Origin: a virus
Taxonomy: Duplodnaviria; Caudoviricetes
Length of the DNA stretch: 25,714 nt
IMG/VR virus record: IMGVR_UViG_3300025621_000050
Coordinates: 1-25,714 of that record
Strand: one strand, 5' to 3'
The notes under the pieces were generated by a model that was not told the DNA's origin, made no database searches, and worked only from the letters and a program-made list of their open reading frames with translations. The first letter of the stretch is position 1; every line of letters starts with the position of its first letter. Below are positions 25,024 to 25,714 of this stretch, in pieces. The translations under genes were made by a program, and so were the position numbers.

Positions 25024-25269
25024 ATGAGCAAAACAAATAAAGAACTTCTTGAAGAGCTGATGGCTCTTACCATAACGGAGTTGCTTGATCAGATCCGTTC
25101 TGGAGAAGCTAACCCGACGGTGTTGAATGTAGCTCGACAGCTATTACGGGATAATCAGATCACCTGTAGCGTTGACACAGACAGCCCACTAAAGAATCTT
25201 GTAGATATTCTTCCATTTGACGACGCATCAGAACGTGAACATACAAGACACCAAGCTCAAGGACTTTAG
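25024..25269 (+). CDS. terS: Terminase small subunit (T7 gp18-like)
   Basis: ELLDQIRSGEA.P.VLNVARQLLRDNQI...L..L.D.LPF; directly precedes the large terminase. Confidence 0.88.
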   Translation: MSKTNKELLEELMALTITELLDQIRSGEANPTVLNVARQLLRDNQITCSVDTDSPLKNLVDILPFDDASEREHTRHQAQGL

Positions 25270-25714
25270 AAACTTCCTGTATTATGTATGGCACTCTTTA
25301 CCGCAGATTAAAAGAGACCCTACACCGATTCAATACGACATTGCTGAGTATATGCAGTATGGCGCTAAAAGAGGTGTTATTCAGGGTTTTCGAGGTGTGG
25401 GTAAGAGTTGGATTTGTTCTGCTTTCGTGGTGCATCAGCTTCTGCTCGATGCGTCAAAAAATATCCTTGTCGTCTCGGCTTCTAAAACTCGTGCTGATGA
25501 TTTCTCGACTTTTACGCTGAGACTGTTGCAGGAGTTGGAAATTCTTAGAGCTCTTAAGCCTAGAACAGACCAACGATTCAGTAAGGTCTCGTTCGACGTA
25601 GGCTTGGCTCCTGCGTCCCATGCCCCTTCTGTGAAGTCGCTTGGTATTACCTCTCAGCTGACAGGTAGTCGTGCTGATATCATTATCGCTGACGACATCG
25701 AGGTTCCGACCAAC
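25235..25714 (+). CDS. terL: Terminase large subunit (T7 gp19-like), 3'-truncated by the window end
   Basis: Hand translation from GTG 25235: (M)NIQDTKLKDFRNFLYYVW...PTPIQYDIA..MQYG.KR.VIQGFRGVGKSWI (Walker A)...VVSASKTRADDFS...SLGITSQLTGSRADIIIADDIEVP (Walker B). Open to the end of the window; missing from the ORF track. Confidence 0.95.
   Translation, partial: MNIQDTKLKDFRNFLYYVWHSLPQIKRDPTPIQYDIAEYMQYGAKRGVIQGFRGVGKSWICSAFVVHQLLLDASKNILVVSASKTRADDFSTFTLRLLQELEILRALKPRTDQRFSKVSFDVGLAPASHAPSVKSLGITSQLTGSRADIIIADDIEVPTN

Noticed and set aside
25284-25520. 78-aa ORF in the track after terS
   Set aside because: Off-frame to the large terminase, which has clear Walker A/B motifs in another frame.

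Overview
This window is the late/morphogenesis half of a T7-like podovirus genome (Autographiviridae-type architecture), with all credible genes on the + strand. The order is: partial upstream ORF, 5'-3' exonuclease, DUF5664-type nucleotide diphosphohydrolase, two small conserved ORFs, an inserted block (beta-rich protein, 806-aa self-nested lectin/GH54-like protein, small companion, two holin-like ORFs, overlapping spanin-like pair), portal, scaffold, major capsid, tail tube A and B, a BirA-like biotin-protein ligase homolog, tail fibre, gp13-like/cupin fusion, internal virion proteins (gp14/15/16-like), small terminase and the start of the large terminase. Three points stand out. (1) A divergent, AT-rich BirA/BPL-fold gene sits inside the tail operon and its GRGR biotin loop reads GKTS. 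(2) A 2466-aa gp16-position ejection protein carries a SAM-dependent methyltransferase domain and an HExxH zincin domain between Pro-rich linkers. (3) The 806-aa protein has a matryoshka architecture, with one domain inserted into a copy of itself. Together with a GNAT-like/cupin fusion, these suggest a virion-associated enzymatic modification toolkit. All product calls come from recognising motifs by eye and from gene order; no database searches were run.
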